A program made the position numbers and the translations under genes. DNA of 64,000 nucleotides from assembly GCA_963831745.1 (NCBI GenBank), contig CAWHRD010000004.1:46005-110004 (forward strand). Reading direction: 5' to 3'. This document shows positions 47,297-57,231 of this stretch, piece after piece (within the stretch, counting starts at the first letter, position 1; every line of letters begins with the position of its first letter). The DNA is from an uncultured Chloroflexia bacterium (GTDB lineage: Bacteria > Chloroflexota > Limnocylindria > Limnocylindrales > CSP1-4). The notes beneath the pieces were generated by a model that ran no database searches, was not told the origin of the DNA, and saw nothing but the letters and a program-made list of their open reading frames with translations.

Positions 47297-49600
47297 TCAG
47301 ACGAGGGCCAGAACGGCGCGGACGACGTCCCCCGCATTCGGCAGGAAGGCCCGCTCCAGGCCCTCGGCCTGAGGGGAGATCCCGTTCGCGGCGCCGATCC
47401 GGCCCACCGGCCCGTCGAGGTCGTCGAAGGCCTCGAGCTGGACCCCGGCGACGATCTCGTTGACGTAGCTGCCGACGAGCACCGCCTGGCTGGCGACGAC
47501 GCAGCGCCCGGTCCTGCGGACCGACGCCAGGACCGTCTCCATGTCGAGCGGGACGAGGCTCCGGAGGTCGATCACCTCGGCCGAGAGCCCGTGGTCGGCG
47601 GCCAGGGTCTCGGCGGCCGCCAGGAGGTCGGGCACCGCGGGCCCCCAGCCGACGAGCGTCACGTCGGTGCCCTCGCGCGCGACGCGCGCCCGGCCGATCG
47701 GGACGAGGTACTCCTCCTCCGGCACGGGGCCCTTCACGGGGTAGAGGCCCTGGCTCTCCACGAACAGGACCGGGTTGTTGGAGCGGATGGCCGACTTCAG
47801 CAGCCCCTTGGCGTCGGCCGCGGTCGCCGGGTAGACCACCTGCAGGCCCGGGATGTGGGTGAAGACGCTCTCGAGGGACTGCGAGTGCTGCCCCCCGTAG
47901 CCCTTGCCGGCGCCGACCGAAGCCCGGATGACGAGCGGAACCTCCACCTGGGCGCCGCTCATGTAGTGCCACTTGGCGGCCTGGTTGGCGATCTGGTCGG
48001 AGGACATCAGGGCAAAGTCCATGTACATCAGCTCGACCACCGGCCGCAGCCCGACGATGGCCGCGCCCACCGCCGTCCCGCAGATCGCGGCCTCGCTGAT
48101 GGGCGTGTTGAAGACCCGCTCCCGCCCGAAGGCCTCGAGGAGCCCCTTCGTCAGCTTGAAGGCGCCGCCGTAGTCGGCGACGTCCTCGCCGTAGACGACG
48201 ACCCGGGCGTCGCGGCGCATCTCCTCGACGAGCGCCTCGCGGAGGGCGTCCTTGTAGCTGATCGCCCCCGCCGCGTCGCGTTTCGCCACCGGGGGCTCGG
48301 CGTACGTCACGACGCTGCGCGCCGCGTCGGGGACCACGTCGGCCGTGGTGTCCGTGTAGAGGTAGGACAGGACGTCCGCCGGATCGGGGTCGGTCGCCTG
48401 CGACGCGCGCACGGCGGCCCGGGCGTTGCGTTCCCGCGCGCCGGCCTCCACGGCGGCCACGGCGGTCGCGTCGGCGGCGCCGGCCTCGACGAGCTGCTGC
48501 TTGAGGCGCTCGATCGGGTCGACCGCGCGCCAGGCGGCCTCCTCCTCGCGGGTCCGGTATTCGTTGCGCGGGTCCGACAGCGAGTGCCCGTAGTAGCGGT
48601 AGGTCGACGCCTCGAGCAGGACCGGGCCGTCGCCGGCGCGGCAGAGGGCGGCCGCCCGCCGGACCGCATCGCGGACGGCGAGGACGTCCATGCCGTTGAC
48701 GACCTCGGCGTGCATGTTGTCGTCGGCGAACCCGGCCGCCCGGCGGGCCAGGTGGCGCACGCCCATGACCTCGTCGTCGGTCCGGTGAGTCATGCCGTAG
48801 TGGTTGTTCTGGATGAGGTAGATGATCGGCAGCCCGTGGGCCCGGGCGCCGGCGAGGTGGTTGGTCCACTGGTCCTGGGCCGCCCAGTTCAGCGACTCGA
48901 GGACGACGCCGTTGGCGTACGCCCCGTCGCCGGCGAAGCAGCAGACGACGCGGTCGCCCCGCTCGTAGCGGATTGCCATGGCCGCACCCGTCGCGATCGG
49001 CACGCTGCCGCCGACGATCGCGTTGGCCCCCAGGTTGCCCGTCGAGAAGTCGCCGATGTGCATCCCGCCGCCCCGCCCGCGGCTGTAGCCCTCGTCCTTG
49101 CCGAAGAGCTCGGCGATGACGCGGTAGAGGTGCTCCCCCAGGGCCGCGTCGCGGAGCTCCTCCCGGGTCTCTGCGCCGGAGCCCGGGACGCGGGTCCGGA
49201 GCTGCTCGGCGGTCATGTGCCGGATCGCCGCGAACCCCTTGGCGACCGCGTCGCCGTGGCCGCGGTGGGAGCTGGTGACGTTGTCGTCGGGCCGCAACGC
49301 CGACGAGGCCCCGACCGCCGTCCCCTCCTGGCCGATGGACACGTGCGTGGGGCCGCGGTAGTCGTAGCCCGGGAGCGGGTCGTAGCCACCCGAGCGGAGC
49401 CGGACGATCATCTCCTCGAGCTCGCGGATCGCGAGCATGTCGTCGAGGAGGTCCAGCGCCCCGGCGGCGTCGATCCCGCCCGCCGCGACCTCGGTCGCCA
49501 GGTCGCCCGCGTAGGCGAACCCGGTGATCGTCCCGCAGGACTCCTCGAAGGGGGAGAAGTCGGGCCGGGTGTCGCTGCGGTAGGTGGGCTCGGCGGCCAT
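47297..49600 (-). CDS. 2-oxoacid dehydrogenase E1 component with fused alpha and beta subunits (ThDP-dependent)
   Basis: 767 aa. The alpha part carries the ThDP motif (GDGAYANG...NN) and the beta part carries transketolase-like Pyr and C-terminal domains. It lies upstream of E2 on the same strand. Confidence 0.85.
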   Translation of the reverse strand: MAAEPTYRSDTRPDFSPFEESCGTITGFAYAGDLATEVAAGGIDAAGALDLLDDMLAIRELEEMIVRLRSGGYDPLPGYDYRGPTHVSIGQEGTAVGASSALRPDDNVTSSHRGHGDAVAKGFAAIRHMTAEQLRTRVPGSGAETREELRDAALGEHLYRVIAELFGKDEGYSRGRGGGMHIGDFSTGNLGANAIVGGSVPIATGAAMAIRYERGDRVVCCFAGDGAYANGVVLESLNWAAQDQWTNHLAGARAHGLPIIYLIQNNHYGMTHRTDDEVMGVRHLARRAAGFADDNMHAEVVNGMDVLAVRDAVRRAAALCRAGDGPVLLEASTYRYYGHSLSDPRNEYRTREEEAAWRAVDPIERLKQQLVEAGAADATAVAAVEAGARERNARAAVRASQATDPDPADVLSYLYTDTTADVVPDAARSVVTYAEPPVAKRDAAGAISYKDALREALVEEMRRDARVVVYGEDVADYGGAFKLTKGLLEAFGRERVFNTPISEAAICGTAVGAAIVGLRPVVELMYMDFALMSSDQIANQAAKWHYMSGAQVEVPLVIRASVGAGKGYGGQHSQSLESVFTHIPGLQVVYPATAADAKGLLKSAIRSNNPVLFVESQGLYPVKGPVPEEEYLVPIGRARVAREGTDVTLVGWGPAVPDLLAAAETLAADHGLSAEVIDLRSLVPLDMETVLASVRRTGRCVVASQAVLVGSYVNEIVAGVQLEAFDDLDGPVGRIGAANGISPQAEGLERAFLPNAGDVVRAVLALV

Positions 49601-49655
49601 GGCGCTCCTCCGGGGGATCAGGGGTGTCGCCGGGATCGGCGACCGGGGCGGGGGA

Positions 49656-50468
49656 TCATGCGGGGATGACGCGGACTCCGCGCCGCTTGAACGTCCTGAG
49701 GGTGCGCTCGTCGAGCGTGGCGTCGGTGACGAGGATGTCGATGTCCTCGAGGCGTCCGGCCCCGATGAACGAGCGGGTTCCCAGCTTCGTCCCGTCGGCC
49801 AGCAGGATCACCTCGCGGGCCCGCGAGAGCACGAGCTGCTTCGTGTAGGCCTCCGACGGGTCGGTCGTGCTGAGGCCGTCCTCGACCGACAGCGCGAACG
49901 TGCCCATGAATGCGCGATCGACGTGCAGCTCGTCGAGGAGGTGCCGGGTCAGGGGTCCGACGACGGCCCGGCTCGTGGCTCGGAGCTCGCCGCCCAGCAT
50001 GATCAGGCGCGGCCCGCGACCGACCAGCTCCGTCGCGACCGGCAGGCTGTTCGTCACGACCGTCAGCCGGTTCCAGCCGTGCAGCAGGCGCGCCAGGGCG
50101 AGGACCGTGCTGCCGCTGTCGAGGTAGACCGTGTCGCCGGGGGAGAGCAGCTCAACCGCCCGGGCCGCGATCCGCGCCTTTTCCCCGGCGGCCGCGCCCG
50201 CCTTGACATCGAAGTGGGGCTCGTCGAGCCGCTGGTCGGCCGCGACGGCCCCGCCGTGAACCCGCCGCAGCCGGCCGGCCGCCGCGAGGGCGTTCAGATC
50301 GCGTCGGACCGTTGCCTGGGAGACCCCGAGCGCCGCGCTCAGCTCCTCGAGGCGGACGGCCCGGCGCGCGTCGACCAGGGCCTCGAGCCGCTGCCGCCGG
50401 GCCGCGGCGAGGTCGAGGCCGGTCGCCGAGCTGGGCGAATCATGCACGATCTTCCATGACATGCTCAT
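49656..50468 (-). CDS. DeoR/GlpR family transcriptional regulator
   Basis: N-terminal HTH (LSAALGVSQATVRRDLNALA) and a DeoR C-terminal sugar-phosphate-binding domain. Confidence 0.8.
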   Translation of the reverse strand: MSMSWKIVHDSPSSATGLDLAAARRQRLEALVDARRAVRLEELSAALGVSQATVRRDLNALAAAGRLRRVHGGAVAADQRLDEPHFDVKAGAAAGEKARIAARAVELLSPGDTVYLDSGSTVLALARLLHGWNRLTVVTNSLPVATELVGRGPRLIMLGGELRATSRAVVGPLTRHLLDELHVDRAFMGTFALSVEDGLSTTDPSEAYTKQLVLSRAREVILLADGTKLGTRSFIGAGRLEDIDILVTDATLDERTLRTFKRRGVRVIPA

Positions 50469-50559
50469 ACTCTAGCAGGATTGTGCGGGACCATGCAAGA
50501 ATAGGTGGCGAGCGGAGCGTTGCGCTTCTGGACGGAACGCCCCGAAGCCGATGAAGGAC

Positions 50560-50616
50560 CCCCCGGGCGGACCTCGAACCCCCGGGCGGACCTCGAACCC
50601 CCGGGCGGAGGTCGAA
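50560..50616. repeat. Three tandem 19-nt repeats (CCCCCGGGCGGACCTCGAA) about 90 nt upstream of the deoR-family gene
   Basis: Units at 50560, 50579 and 50598; the third has 2 mismatches. Confidence 0.55.
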
Positions 50617-51376
50617 CTCGATCAAATGCTCGCCCTCCGAGCCGTATGTAGGATGGGTCGGCAGCGGGACGGGCCGGTGGCTGGTGTCGGAGCGTGGGCG
50701 CCGGCGACCGACTCGATCAGATCCTCCGTTGGCCGGACTTTTGATCGAATGGCGACCCGCGGACATCGCATACGGTTCGGCACGCGAACATCCGATCCAG
50801 TGACGCGCCGCCGTGGACCCAGCGCCAGCCGTGGATCCAGCGCCAGCCGTGGATCTGCCGCCGCGGCCGCCGTCGCGCTCGCCCCGGGAGAGCGCCGCCC
50901 GCGGTGGATCTGCCGCTGTGCTGGACGGACCAGGGCCTCGACGTCCAGGTCGCGGCGTTCCAGCGCCGCCCGATCGCGTTCCCGGTCCGCTACGTCGTCC
51001 TCAACGGCCCGTTCGTCGGCGTCCGGAGCGCGAAGCACCGAGACGACAGCGTCCCGGGCGGTCGCCGCCGGGCCGGCGCGTCGCCGTCGCCTCGTCAGAC
51101 GCCGTGGACGGCCGGCGCGAGCTCCTCGATGAGCGCCGCGCGATGGCCGCGTCGACGGCCCCCCGGGGCGGAGCCTCGCCTCGCTCTCGAGCGACGGCTC
51201 GACCCCGACACGGTCGTCGCTCGTCGTCGGCGACAGGGCCGACGGGATCGCCGCCGCCGTCGCCGTCGCCGGGCGAGGGCCCGGGGCGACCGTCGCCCGG
51301 CCATCGGCCATCGACGAGCGTTGCGAGCGGGTGGCGGCGGCGGGGCGGCAACGTGACGCAAGCGCAACCTCGCCTG

Positions 51377-51424
51377 TTGACAGGGCGATTCGCGACCCAT
51401 ACTCTTCGTTAATCGATTATCGAG
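51377..51424 (+). promoter_or_regulatory. Candidate sigma-70-type promoter (-35 TTGACA, 17-nt spacer, -10 TACTCT) followed by the palindromic operator TTAATCGATTATCGAG
   Basis: -35 at 51377-51382, -10 at 51400-51405 and the perfect palindrome TAATCGATTA at 51410-51419. The same module recurs at 62393-62442. Confidence 0.5.
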
Positions 51425-51574
51425 GACCAAGCCGTCGGCACGGCCCGACGACAGTGGAGGAGTGTCCGACTCGATGCCCGGCTGCATCACGATGATCGAC
51501 CCGGGGCGTGCACAGCGGTTCGGCGCCGTCGTCCATCGCGATCGCGTCCCGCCCCGACCCAGGGGCGCCGGCTG

Positions 51575-52447
51575 ATGGACTTCGTCACCCAGTCCGTCGT
51601 CATCGGCCTCACCGAGTATGCCCCCCTCGTCCTCGCCGCGATCGGGTTCGCCCTGCTGTACCGCCTGAGCGGCCTCATCAACGTGGCCTATTCGGAGACC
51701 ATCACGCTCGGCGCCTACTTCGGGATGTGGATCAACACGACGTTCGGCCTCGACTTCTACATCGCGCTGCCCTTCGCCGGCCTGATGGGAGGGGTGGTGA
51801 GCGTCGCCACCTACCTGCTCCTCTTCCGGCCGGCCAAGCTGCGCGGCGTCGGGACGCTGGAGATGATCATCATCTCGTTCGGGCTGTCGATCTTCCTGCG
51901 TTACGGGCTGCAGTTCTTCTTCGGCTACCCCGTGCGCTTCTTCGACGTCCCGCCGCCCGATACGATCTACGTGCTCGGCGTCGGCGTGGGAACGTTCCGC
52001 GTGCTCGCCCTCGCCAGCGTGCTCGTCCTCGCGTTTCTCCTCTACTGGTTCATCCAGCGATCCAGCCTCGGCCTGCAGATCCGGGCCCTGGCCAGCGACG
52101 AGGACCTCGCCCAGGTCAGCGGGATCCGGCCGCTCGCCGTCACCGTGCTGATCTGGTTCATCGCAGGTGTCGCCGGCGGCCTGGCCGGCGCATACCTGGG
52201 AGTCGGGTCGGCCGTCGCGCCGCTGCTCGGCTGGCGGCAGTTCCTGTTCATCCTGCTCGTGGTCCTCGTCGGGACGAGCTGGGGGCTCGGCGGCGTCATC
52301 GTCGCCGGGGTGGTGGCCGGCGTGGGGCTGGCCGCCATGACCCTGGAGTTCAGCTCGGTCCTGTATGGCCAGCTCGTCCTGATCGCCGCCTTCGTCATCG
52401 TCCTGAAGTGGCGCGGCCGGCGGCTCGCCGAGACTGCGAAGGTGTAG
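51575..52447 (+). CDS. Branched-chain-amino-acid-type ABC transporter permease (LivH family)
   Basis: 290 aa, polytopic, with a LivH-like conserved loop. Confidence 0.85.
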   Translation: MDFVTQSVVIGLTEYAPLVLAAIGFALLYRLSGLINVAYSETITLGAYFGMWINTTFGLDFYIALPFAGLMGGVVSVATYLLLFRPAKLRGVGTLEMIIISFGLSIFLRYGLQFFFGYPVRFFDVPPPDTIYVLGVGVGTFRVLALASVLVLAFLLYWFIQRSSLGLQIRALASDEDLAQVSGIRPLAVTVLIWFIAGVAGGLAGAYLGVGSAVAPLLGWRQFLFILLVVLVGTSWGLGGVIVAGVVAGVGLAAMTLEFSSVLYGQLVLIAAFVIVLKWRGRRLAETAKV

Positions 52448-52451
52448 GGCG

Positions 52452-53390
52452 ATGCTTCCTTCGTTTCTGATCTCGGGGCTGTTCGGGCTCGTGATCGTGA
52501 TGGGCCTGGCCCTGCTGCTTCACCTCCAGCTGGGGCTCGCCCGGATCGCCAACTTCGGCGTGGTCGGGTTCTTCGGGCTCGGGATGTACGTCTTCGGCGT
52601 GCTCTACGTCAAGGTCGACTGGCCGTTCGGGGAGCCGTGGCAATTCCTCGCCTGCGCCGCCGCAGCGACGATCGTCGCCGGCCTCGCCGGCCTCGTGGTC
52701 GGGTGGATCATCTCCGACCTCGACACCGATGGAGTGCTCGTCGGCACCCTCGGCTTCGCCACCGCCGTCGGCATCCTCGCGACCACCGAGGCGGACCTCA
52801 CCGGCGGCGCCGAGGGGATGGGCGGCCTCGTCTTCCCCTACGACGTTGGCACCGTCAAGGACAACGAGTCCCTGTGGCTGCTGATCACGACCATCGTCAT
52901 CGTCGCGATCCTCGCCTTTGTTTGGCAGGTGCATCGCTCTCCGTACGGCCGCCTCCTCATCGCGGTGGGCGGCAACGAGCCGCTGGCCCGCAGCCTGGGC
53001 AAGCCGACCTTCCGGGCCAAGCTGTGGCTGTTCGCCCTCACCTCGGCGGTGATGGGGCTCCTGGGGGCGCTCGACGGGGTCATGGTGCACTTCCTCGACC
53101 CGGCAAACATCGGGATCGACGTGACCCTCGCCGCCATGGTCGGGCTCATCCTGGGAGGGACCGCCCGAGCCTTCGGTGCGGTGGTCGGCGTCATCCTCGT
53201 CGTCGGCTTCTTCGACATCGTGGTCCAGTTCTACCTGCCCCTCCCCAAGGACTGGTACAGCCAGGCCGTGCCCGTCCTGCGGGAGGCGGCGTTCGGCCTG
53301 ACGCTGATCGTCGTCCTGCTGTTCCGGCCGCTCGGCGTCCTCGGCGACATGCGGCGCGACAAGCTGATGAGGCAACTCCATGGTCGCTGA
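52452..53390 (+). CDS. Branched-chain-amino-acid-type ABC transporter permease (LivM family)
   Basis: 312 aa, polytopic; it follows livH with a 4-nt gap. Confidence 0.8.
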   Translation: MLPSFLISGLFGLVIVMGLALLLHLQLGLARIANFGVVGFFGLGMYVFGVLYVKVDWPFGEPWQFLACAAAATIVAGLAGLVVGWIISDLDTDGVLVGTLGFATAVGILATTEADLTGGAEGMGGLVFPYDVGTVKDNESLWLLITTIVIVAILAFVWQVHRSPYGRLLIAVGGNEPLARSLGKPTFRAKLWLFALTSAVMGLLGALDGVMVHFLDPANIGIDVTLAAMVGLILGGTARAFGAVVGVILVVGFFDIVVQFYLPLPKDWYSQAVPVLREAAFGLTLIVVLLFRPLGVLGDMRRDKLMRQLHGR

Positions 53391-54189
53391 GGCGGTGGCG
53401 TCGCCCGTCGTCGGCGCCGTAGCGGCAACGCGTCCCCGGATCCGGATCCAGGGTGCCGCCAAGAGCTTCTCGGGCCGGATCGTGGTGGACGTCGACGAGC
53501 TCGTCCTCGGCGACGGGCCGATCCAGGGCCTCATCGGGCCGAACGGCGCCGGCAAGACGACGTTGATGCGCATGATCATGCACTCGACGTCGCTCGACCG
53601 CGGCACCATCTCCCTCCTGCCGCCGGGGGGCGGCGAGGTGGTGCTCTCGAGCCTGCACGCGCACGAGATGGCGCGGCACGGCGTGGTGAAGAGCAACCAG
53701 GTCATCATGGACTTCGACAAGCTGACGATCTGGGATTCGCTCCTGCTCGCTGCGGCCGAGACCAGGTACGAGCAGCCGCACCGGATCTTCAGCGAACGGA
53801 CGGTCTTCCGGCGGCACGAGGACGAGATCCGCCATCACCTGGACTTCTTCGGGTTCGGCGACCCGACGGCCTTCGCCCTGTCGGCCGGCGAGAAGAAGCT
53901 CCTCGACATCGTCCGCTGCCTGCTCCTGCGTCCCACCTTCCTCCTGCTCGACGAGCCGACGGCCGGCCTTCCGGTGGAGCTGACCGAGAAGGTCATGGCC
54001 GTGATCAGGGAGCTTGCCTCCGCCGGCACCTCGGTGGTGATCGTGGAGCACGACCTCAACGTCATCTGGAACTACTGCGACGAGGTCCTGTTCATGGCCG
54101 AGGGGAAGGTCGTCCTGCGAGGCGACCCGCAGTCGATCCGCGAGAACAGGACCGTGGTCGAGAAGTACCTGGGGGAGGGCCATGTCTGA
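53380..54189 (+). CDS. ABC transporter ATP-binding protein (LivG family)
   Basis: Walker A GPNGAGKTT, signature LSAGEKKLLDI and Walker B LLLDEPTAGL. Confidence 0.85.
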   Translation: MVAEAVASPVVGAVAATRPRIRIQGAAKSFSGRIVVDVDELVLGDGPIQGLIGPNGAGKTTLMRMIMHSTSLDRGTISLLPPGGGEVVLSSLHAHEMARHGVVKSNQVIMDFDKLTIWDSLLLAAAETRYEQPHRIFSERTVFRRHEDEIRHHLDFFGFGDPTAFALSAGEKKLLDIVRCLLLRPTFLLLDEPTAGLPVELTEKVMAVIRELASAGTSVVIVEHDLNVIWNYCDEVLFMAEGKVVLRGDPQSIRENRTVVEKYLGEGHV

Positions 54190-54898
54190 CGCGGCCCGAC
54201 CGGTCGCCCTCGAGGTGGAAGGCCTGCGCAGCGGCTACCACGGGGTCACCGTCCTCAAGGGGCTCGACTTCGCCGTGGGCAACGAGGTCTTCACCGTGCT
54301 CGGCGCCAACGGGGCGGGCAAGACCACGCTCCTGGCGACGCTGGCCCGGCTCATCCCTCTCATGGCGGGAACGATCCGGTTCCAGGGCGAGGACGTCTCG
54401 ATGTTGCCGCCGTACGAGACGGCGGCCCGGGGGGTCGGCTACGTGCCCCAGGAGAAGGGCACCTTCCCGGATCTCACCGTCCTCGAGAACCTCGACGTCG
54501 GCGGGATGATCGGCAAGCGCTCACGTGAGGAGCGGATGGGAGAGGTGTTCGAGCTGTTCCCGGACCTCCGCGCCCTCCGGGCCCAGCGGGCAGGGACCCT
54601 CAGCGGCGGCGAGTCGCGGATGCTCGCCTGCGGGCGGGCGCTCATGCAGGACCCCCGGATGCTGCTCCTCGACGAGCCCACGGCCGGCCTCTCGCCGCTC
54701 TACGTCGACATGTTCTTCGACAAGATCAGGGAGATCCACGAGACCAAAGGCGTCGCCATCGTCCTGGCCGAGCAGAACGCCACCAAGGCGCTCCAGATCG
54801 CCGACCGGGTGATGGTGCTGAGCCTCGGACAGGCGTTCGCCGTGAAGGACGCGGCCGAGCTGACGACCCAGCAGCTCAAGGAGGGATACCGGATCTGA
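54182..54898 (+). CDS. ABC transporter ATP-binding protein (LivF family)
   Basis: Walker A GANGAGKTT, signature LSGGESRML and Walker B LLLDEPTAGL. Confidence 0.85.
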   Translation: MSDAARPVALEVEGLRSGYHGVTVLKGLDFAVGNEVFTVLGANGAGKTTLLATLARLIPLMAGTIRFQGEDVSMLPPYETAARGVGYVPQEKGTFPDLTVLENLDVGGMIGKRSREERMGEVFELFPDLRALRAQRAGTLSGGESRMLACGRALMQDPRMLLLDEPTAGLSPLYVDMFFDKIREIHETKGVAIVLAEQNATKALQIADRVMVLSLGQAFAVKDAAELTTQQLKEGYRI

Positions 54899-54941
54899 CG
54901 ACCCACGTTTCCGGGCTACGACAGCGCAGGAGGAGAACGCA

Positions 54942-56375
54942 ATGAGGGTCAGTCGCGTCCAGTCGAGCCGCGTCACGGTGGTGATCGCGGTGCTCGCCCT
55001 GGTGGCCGGCGCGTGCGGGGGCGGAGCGACCGCGTCGCCCGCAACGACGGCGGCGCCAAGTCAGGCCGCATCTGGGGCGCCTGCGTCCCAGGCGCCTGCC
55101 AGCGAATCGCCGGCGGCAGGCACGCCGGTGAACGTCTGCGAGCTCGCCTACGTCACGGGCGAGTTCGCGCCGTACGGGCCGGCGCTCAGCGCGGACGTGG
55201 TCTTCCCGGTCAAGAAGGTCATCAACCTCGATCCGCCGTTGGGCCGCCCGTGGGTGAACGTCAAGGAGGACCTCGGGACGGTCGGCGAGGCCCAGGCTGC
55301 CAAGGCCTGCCTCGAGAATGACGGTGCCGAGATCGTGGTGAGCATCGCCCACGGGTACCGGAACTATCGCGACTACATGATGCAGTACTGGGAGGAGAAC
55401 GACTCGCCGCTCGGCCCGTCGATCCACGGCGGCCTCATCCCGGGCAACCTCGGAGGCAAGGCCGCAGAGCCGATCTTCCGGGCGCAGGGCCTCGACGAGG
55501 GCCTGGGCGTCTACGCCGCCGAGTACGCGGACACGATCGGCGCCAAGAAGGTCGTGATCTTCGCCACCCAGGTGGCGGGCTTCCAGCTCGCAGCCAACGC
55601 GGCCGAGAAGGCCGCCAAGCTCTTCAACATGGAAGTCCTTGCCCGCATCAACGAGCCGGCCGAACAGACCTCCTATGCGGCCGACGCCCAGAAGATCGCG
55701 GGCCTCAAACCGGATGCGGTCATCGTGCAGGCGGGCTCGGTGGAGTCGGCCATCCTGATCAAGCAGGCGGCCGAGGCCGGCCTCGTGACCGCCTGGATCG
55801 GCGAGACCGGCTGGAGCCAGGCGGAGTTCATGAACCGCCTCGACGCCAAGACGATCGGCTCGCAGAAGGGCGTGGGCTACGCGGCCTTCTCGGCCAACAC
55901 GACGACCCCCGCGTGGACGTTCTTCCAGCCCTTGCGGGACGCCTGGGTCGCCGAGTCCGGGGTCGCCGCCAAGGACTACTACGGGGCGGACAACCCGTAT
56001 GCCTTCTCGGCATACGACGTCCTGGTCATGACTGCCCTCGCCGTGGAGTACGGAAAGTCGTACAAGGCGAGTGCGTGGGCACCGGCCATGCACACGATCG
56101 GCGACCCGCCGGGCGACAAGTGCTACACCTACGCCGACTGCCTGGCGCTGATCCGGGCCGGCAAGGACATCGACTACGAAGGCGTCACCGGCCCCGGCAC
56201 CTACACCGACGGTGGCGTCAACGCCGTCACCCCCACGTACACCGGGTTCGGCACGGACAAGAAGGCCGTGGCGCCCGTGCTTCTCGATCCCCAGAAGGCC
56301 CTCGAGATGCTCGACCAGGTCAAGACCGTCGCCGAGTGCGACAAGCCGGATCCGCCCAATACCTGCACGTGGTAG
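54942..56375 (+). CDS. ABC transporter substrate-binding lipoprotein (Leu/Ile/Val-binding-protein-like, type I PBP); unusually long (477 aa) and encoded last in the operon
   Basis: Lipobox LALVAGACGG, a Pro/Ala/Ser linker, then a type-I periplasmic binding fold. Confidence 0.8.
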   Translation: MRVSRVQSSRVTVVIAVLALVAGACGGGATASPATTAAPSQAASGAPASQAPASESPAAGTPVNVCELAYVTGEFAPYGPALSADVVFPVKKVINLDPPLGRPWVNVKEDLGTVGEAQAAKACLENDGAEIVVSIAHGYRNYRDYMMQYWEENDSPLGPSIHGGLIPGNLGGKAAEPIFRAQGLDEGLGVYAAEYADTIGAKKVVIFATQVAGFQLAANAAEKAAKLFNMEVLARINEPAEQTSYAADAQKIAGLKPDAVIVQAGSVESAILIKQAAEAGLVTAWIGETGWSQAEFMNRLDAKTIGSQKGVGYAAFSANTTTPAWTFFQPLRDAWVAESGVAAKDYYGADNPYAFSAYDVLVMTALAVEYGKSYKASAWAPAMHTIGDPPGDKCYTYADCLALIRAGKDIDYEGVTGPGTYTDGGVNAVTPTYTGFGTDKKAVAPVLLDPQKALEMLDQVKTVAECDKPDPPNTCTW

Positions 56376-56406
56376 CCGTCGAGAACCCCACGCTCTGACG
56401 GAGATC

Positions 56407-56445
56407 GAAGGGGGCTCTCCCGCCAACCGGCGGAGGGCCCCCTTC
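56407..56445 (+). terminator. Long imperfect GC hairpin about 30 nt after the binding-protein stop; candidate terminator of the ABC operon
   Basis: gaagggggctctcccgcc-aacc-ggcggagggcccccttc. Confidence 0.45.
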
Positions 56446-56553
56446 CTGCGCAGGGCGGCAGCCCGTCGCGCAACGTGCGGGGCGGCGGACGCCGCCCTCG
56501 ATCGAGGGCAACCTCCGAGCACCGAGGCCCGCGGCGGGCCCGAAGGAGGCGCC

Positions 56554-57231
56554 GTGACAGCGCAGCCCGAGCTCATCTCGCGCAGCGTCCTGGCGGACCA
56601 GGTGAAGGACCGCCTGCTGCAGGACATCCTCGCCGGGCGCTATCCCCCCGAGGCCCGGATCGTCGAGACGAGCCTGGCGCGCGAGCTGGGCGTCAGCCAG
56701 GCCCCGGTCCGCGAGGCGCTGCGCGGCCTCGAGGCCCTGGGGCTCGTCGAGATCCTCCCGTTCCGCGGCGCCCGGATCCGGCGCCCGTCGATCGGGGAGC
56801 TGCTCGAGGCGTACACCGTCCGCTTCGAGCTCGAGGCGCTGGGCGCCCGCCTCGGCGTGCCCCGCATGACGGACGCGGACCTCGCCGACCTCGAGGCGCT
56901 CGGCGACGAGATGCAGCGCGCCGCCGCGGCCGGCGACCGCCACCAGGTCGCCGTCGCCGACGCGATGTTCCACGCCCGGCTCCTCCACCTCGCCGGCAAC
57001 GCGACCCTCGAGCGCGTCTGGCGCTCGCTCGAGCCGTTCAGCCGGACCTACATCACCCTCGTCGCGCCCGGCGCCGACGCCCACTGGACGGCCGACCTCC
57101 ATCCCCGGATCCTCGCCGCCCTCCGCACCCGCGACGCCGAGCAGGTCGTCGCCGCCCTCCGCGAGCACTTCGACGAGGTGGCGGCGCACCTGGCGGACAC
57201 GTGGCATGGCGCACGACATGGGCCCGGCTGA
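56554..57231 (+). CDS. GntR family transcriptional regulator (FadR/FCD subfamily), copy 1
   Basis: wHTH (SLARELGVSQAPVREALRGLEALGLV) plus an FCD C-terminal domain. The GTG start is preceded by GAAGGAGG. Confidence 0.8.
   Translation: MTAQPELISRSVLADQVKDRLLQDILAGRYPPEARIVETSLARELGVSQAPVREALRGLEALGLVEILPFRGARIRRPSIGELLEAYTVRFELEALGARLGVPRMTDADLADLEALGDEMQRAAAAGDRHQVAVADAMFHARLLHLAGNATLERVWRSLEPFSRTYITLVAPGADAHWTADLHPRILAALRTRDAEQVVAALREHFDEVAAHLADTWHGARHGPG
56565..57205 (+). repeat. 641-bp exact direct repeat, copy 1 (covers most of GntR copy 1)
   Basis: Identical at DNA level to 57872..58512. Confidence 0.8.

Noticed and set aside
44761-49669. 800-aa and 869-aa plus-strand ORFs and a 546-aa minus ORF overlapping tal, E2 and E1
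   Set aside because: Off-frame artefacts opposite or overlapping well-supported genes.
50551-51412. 193-aa, 229-aa, 199-aa and 150-aa ORFs in the deoR-to-ABC intergenic region
   Set aside because: Arg/Pro/Ser-rich. The first is largely a translation of the 19-nt tandem repeats. There are no motifs and no RBS, so the region is treated as non-coding (see findings).
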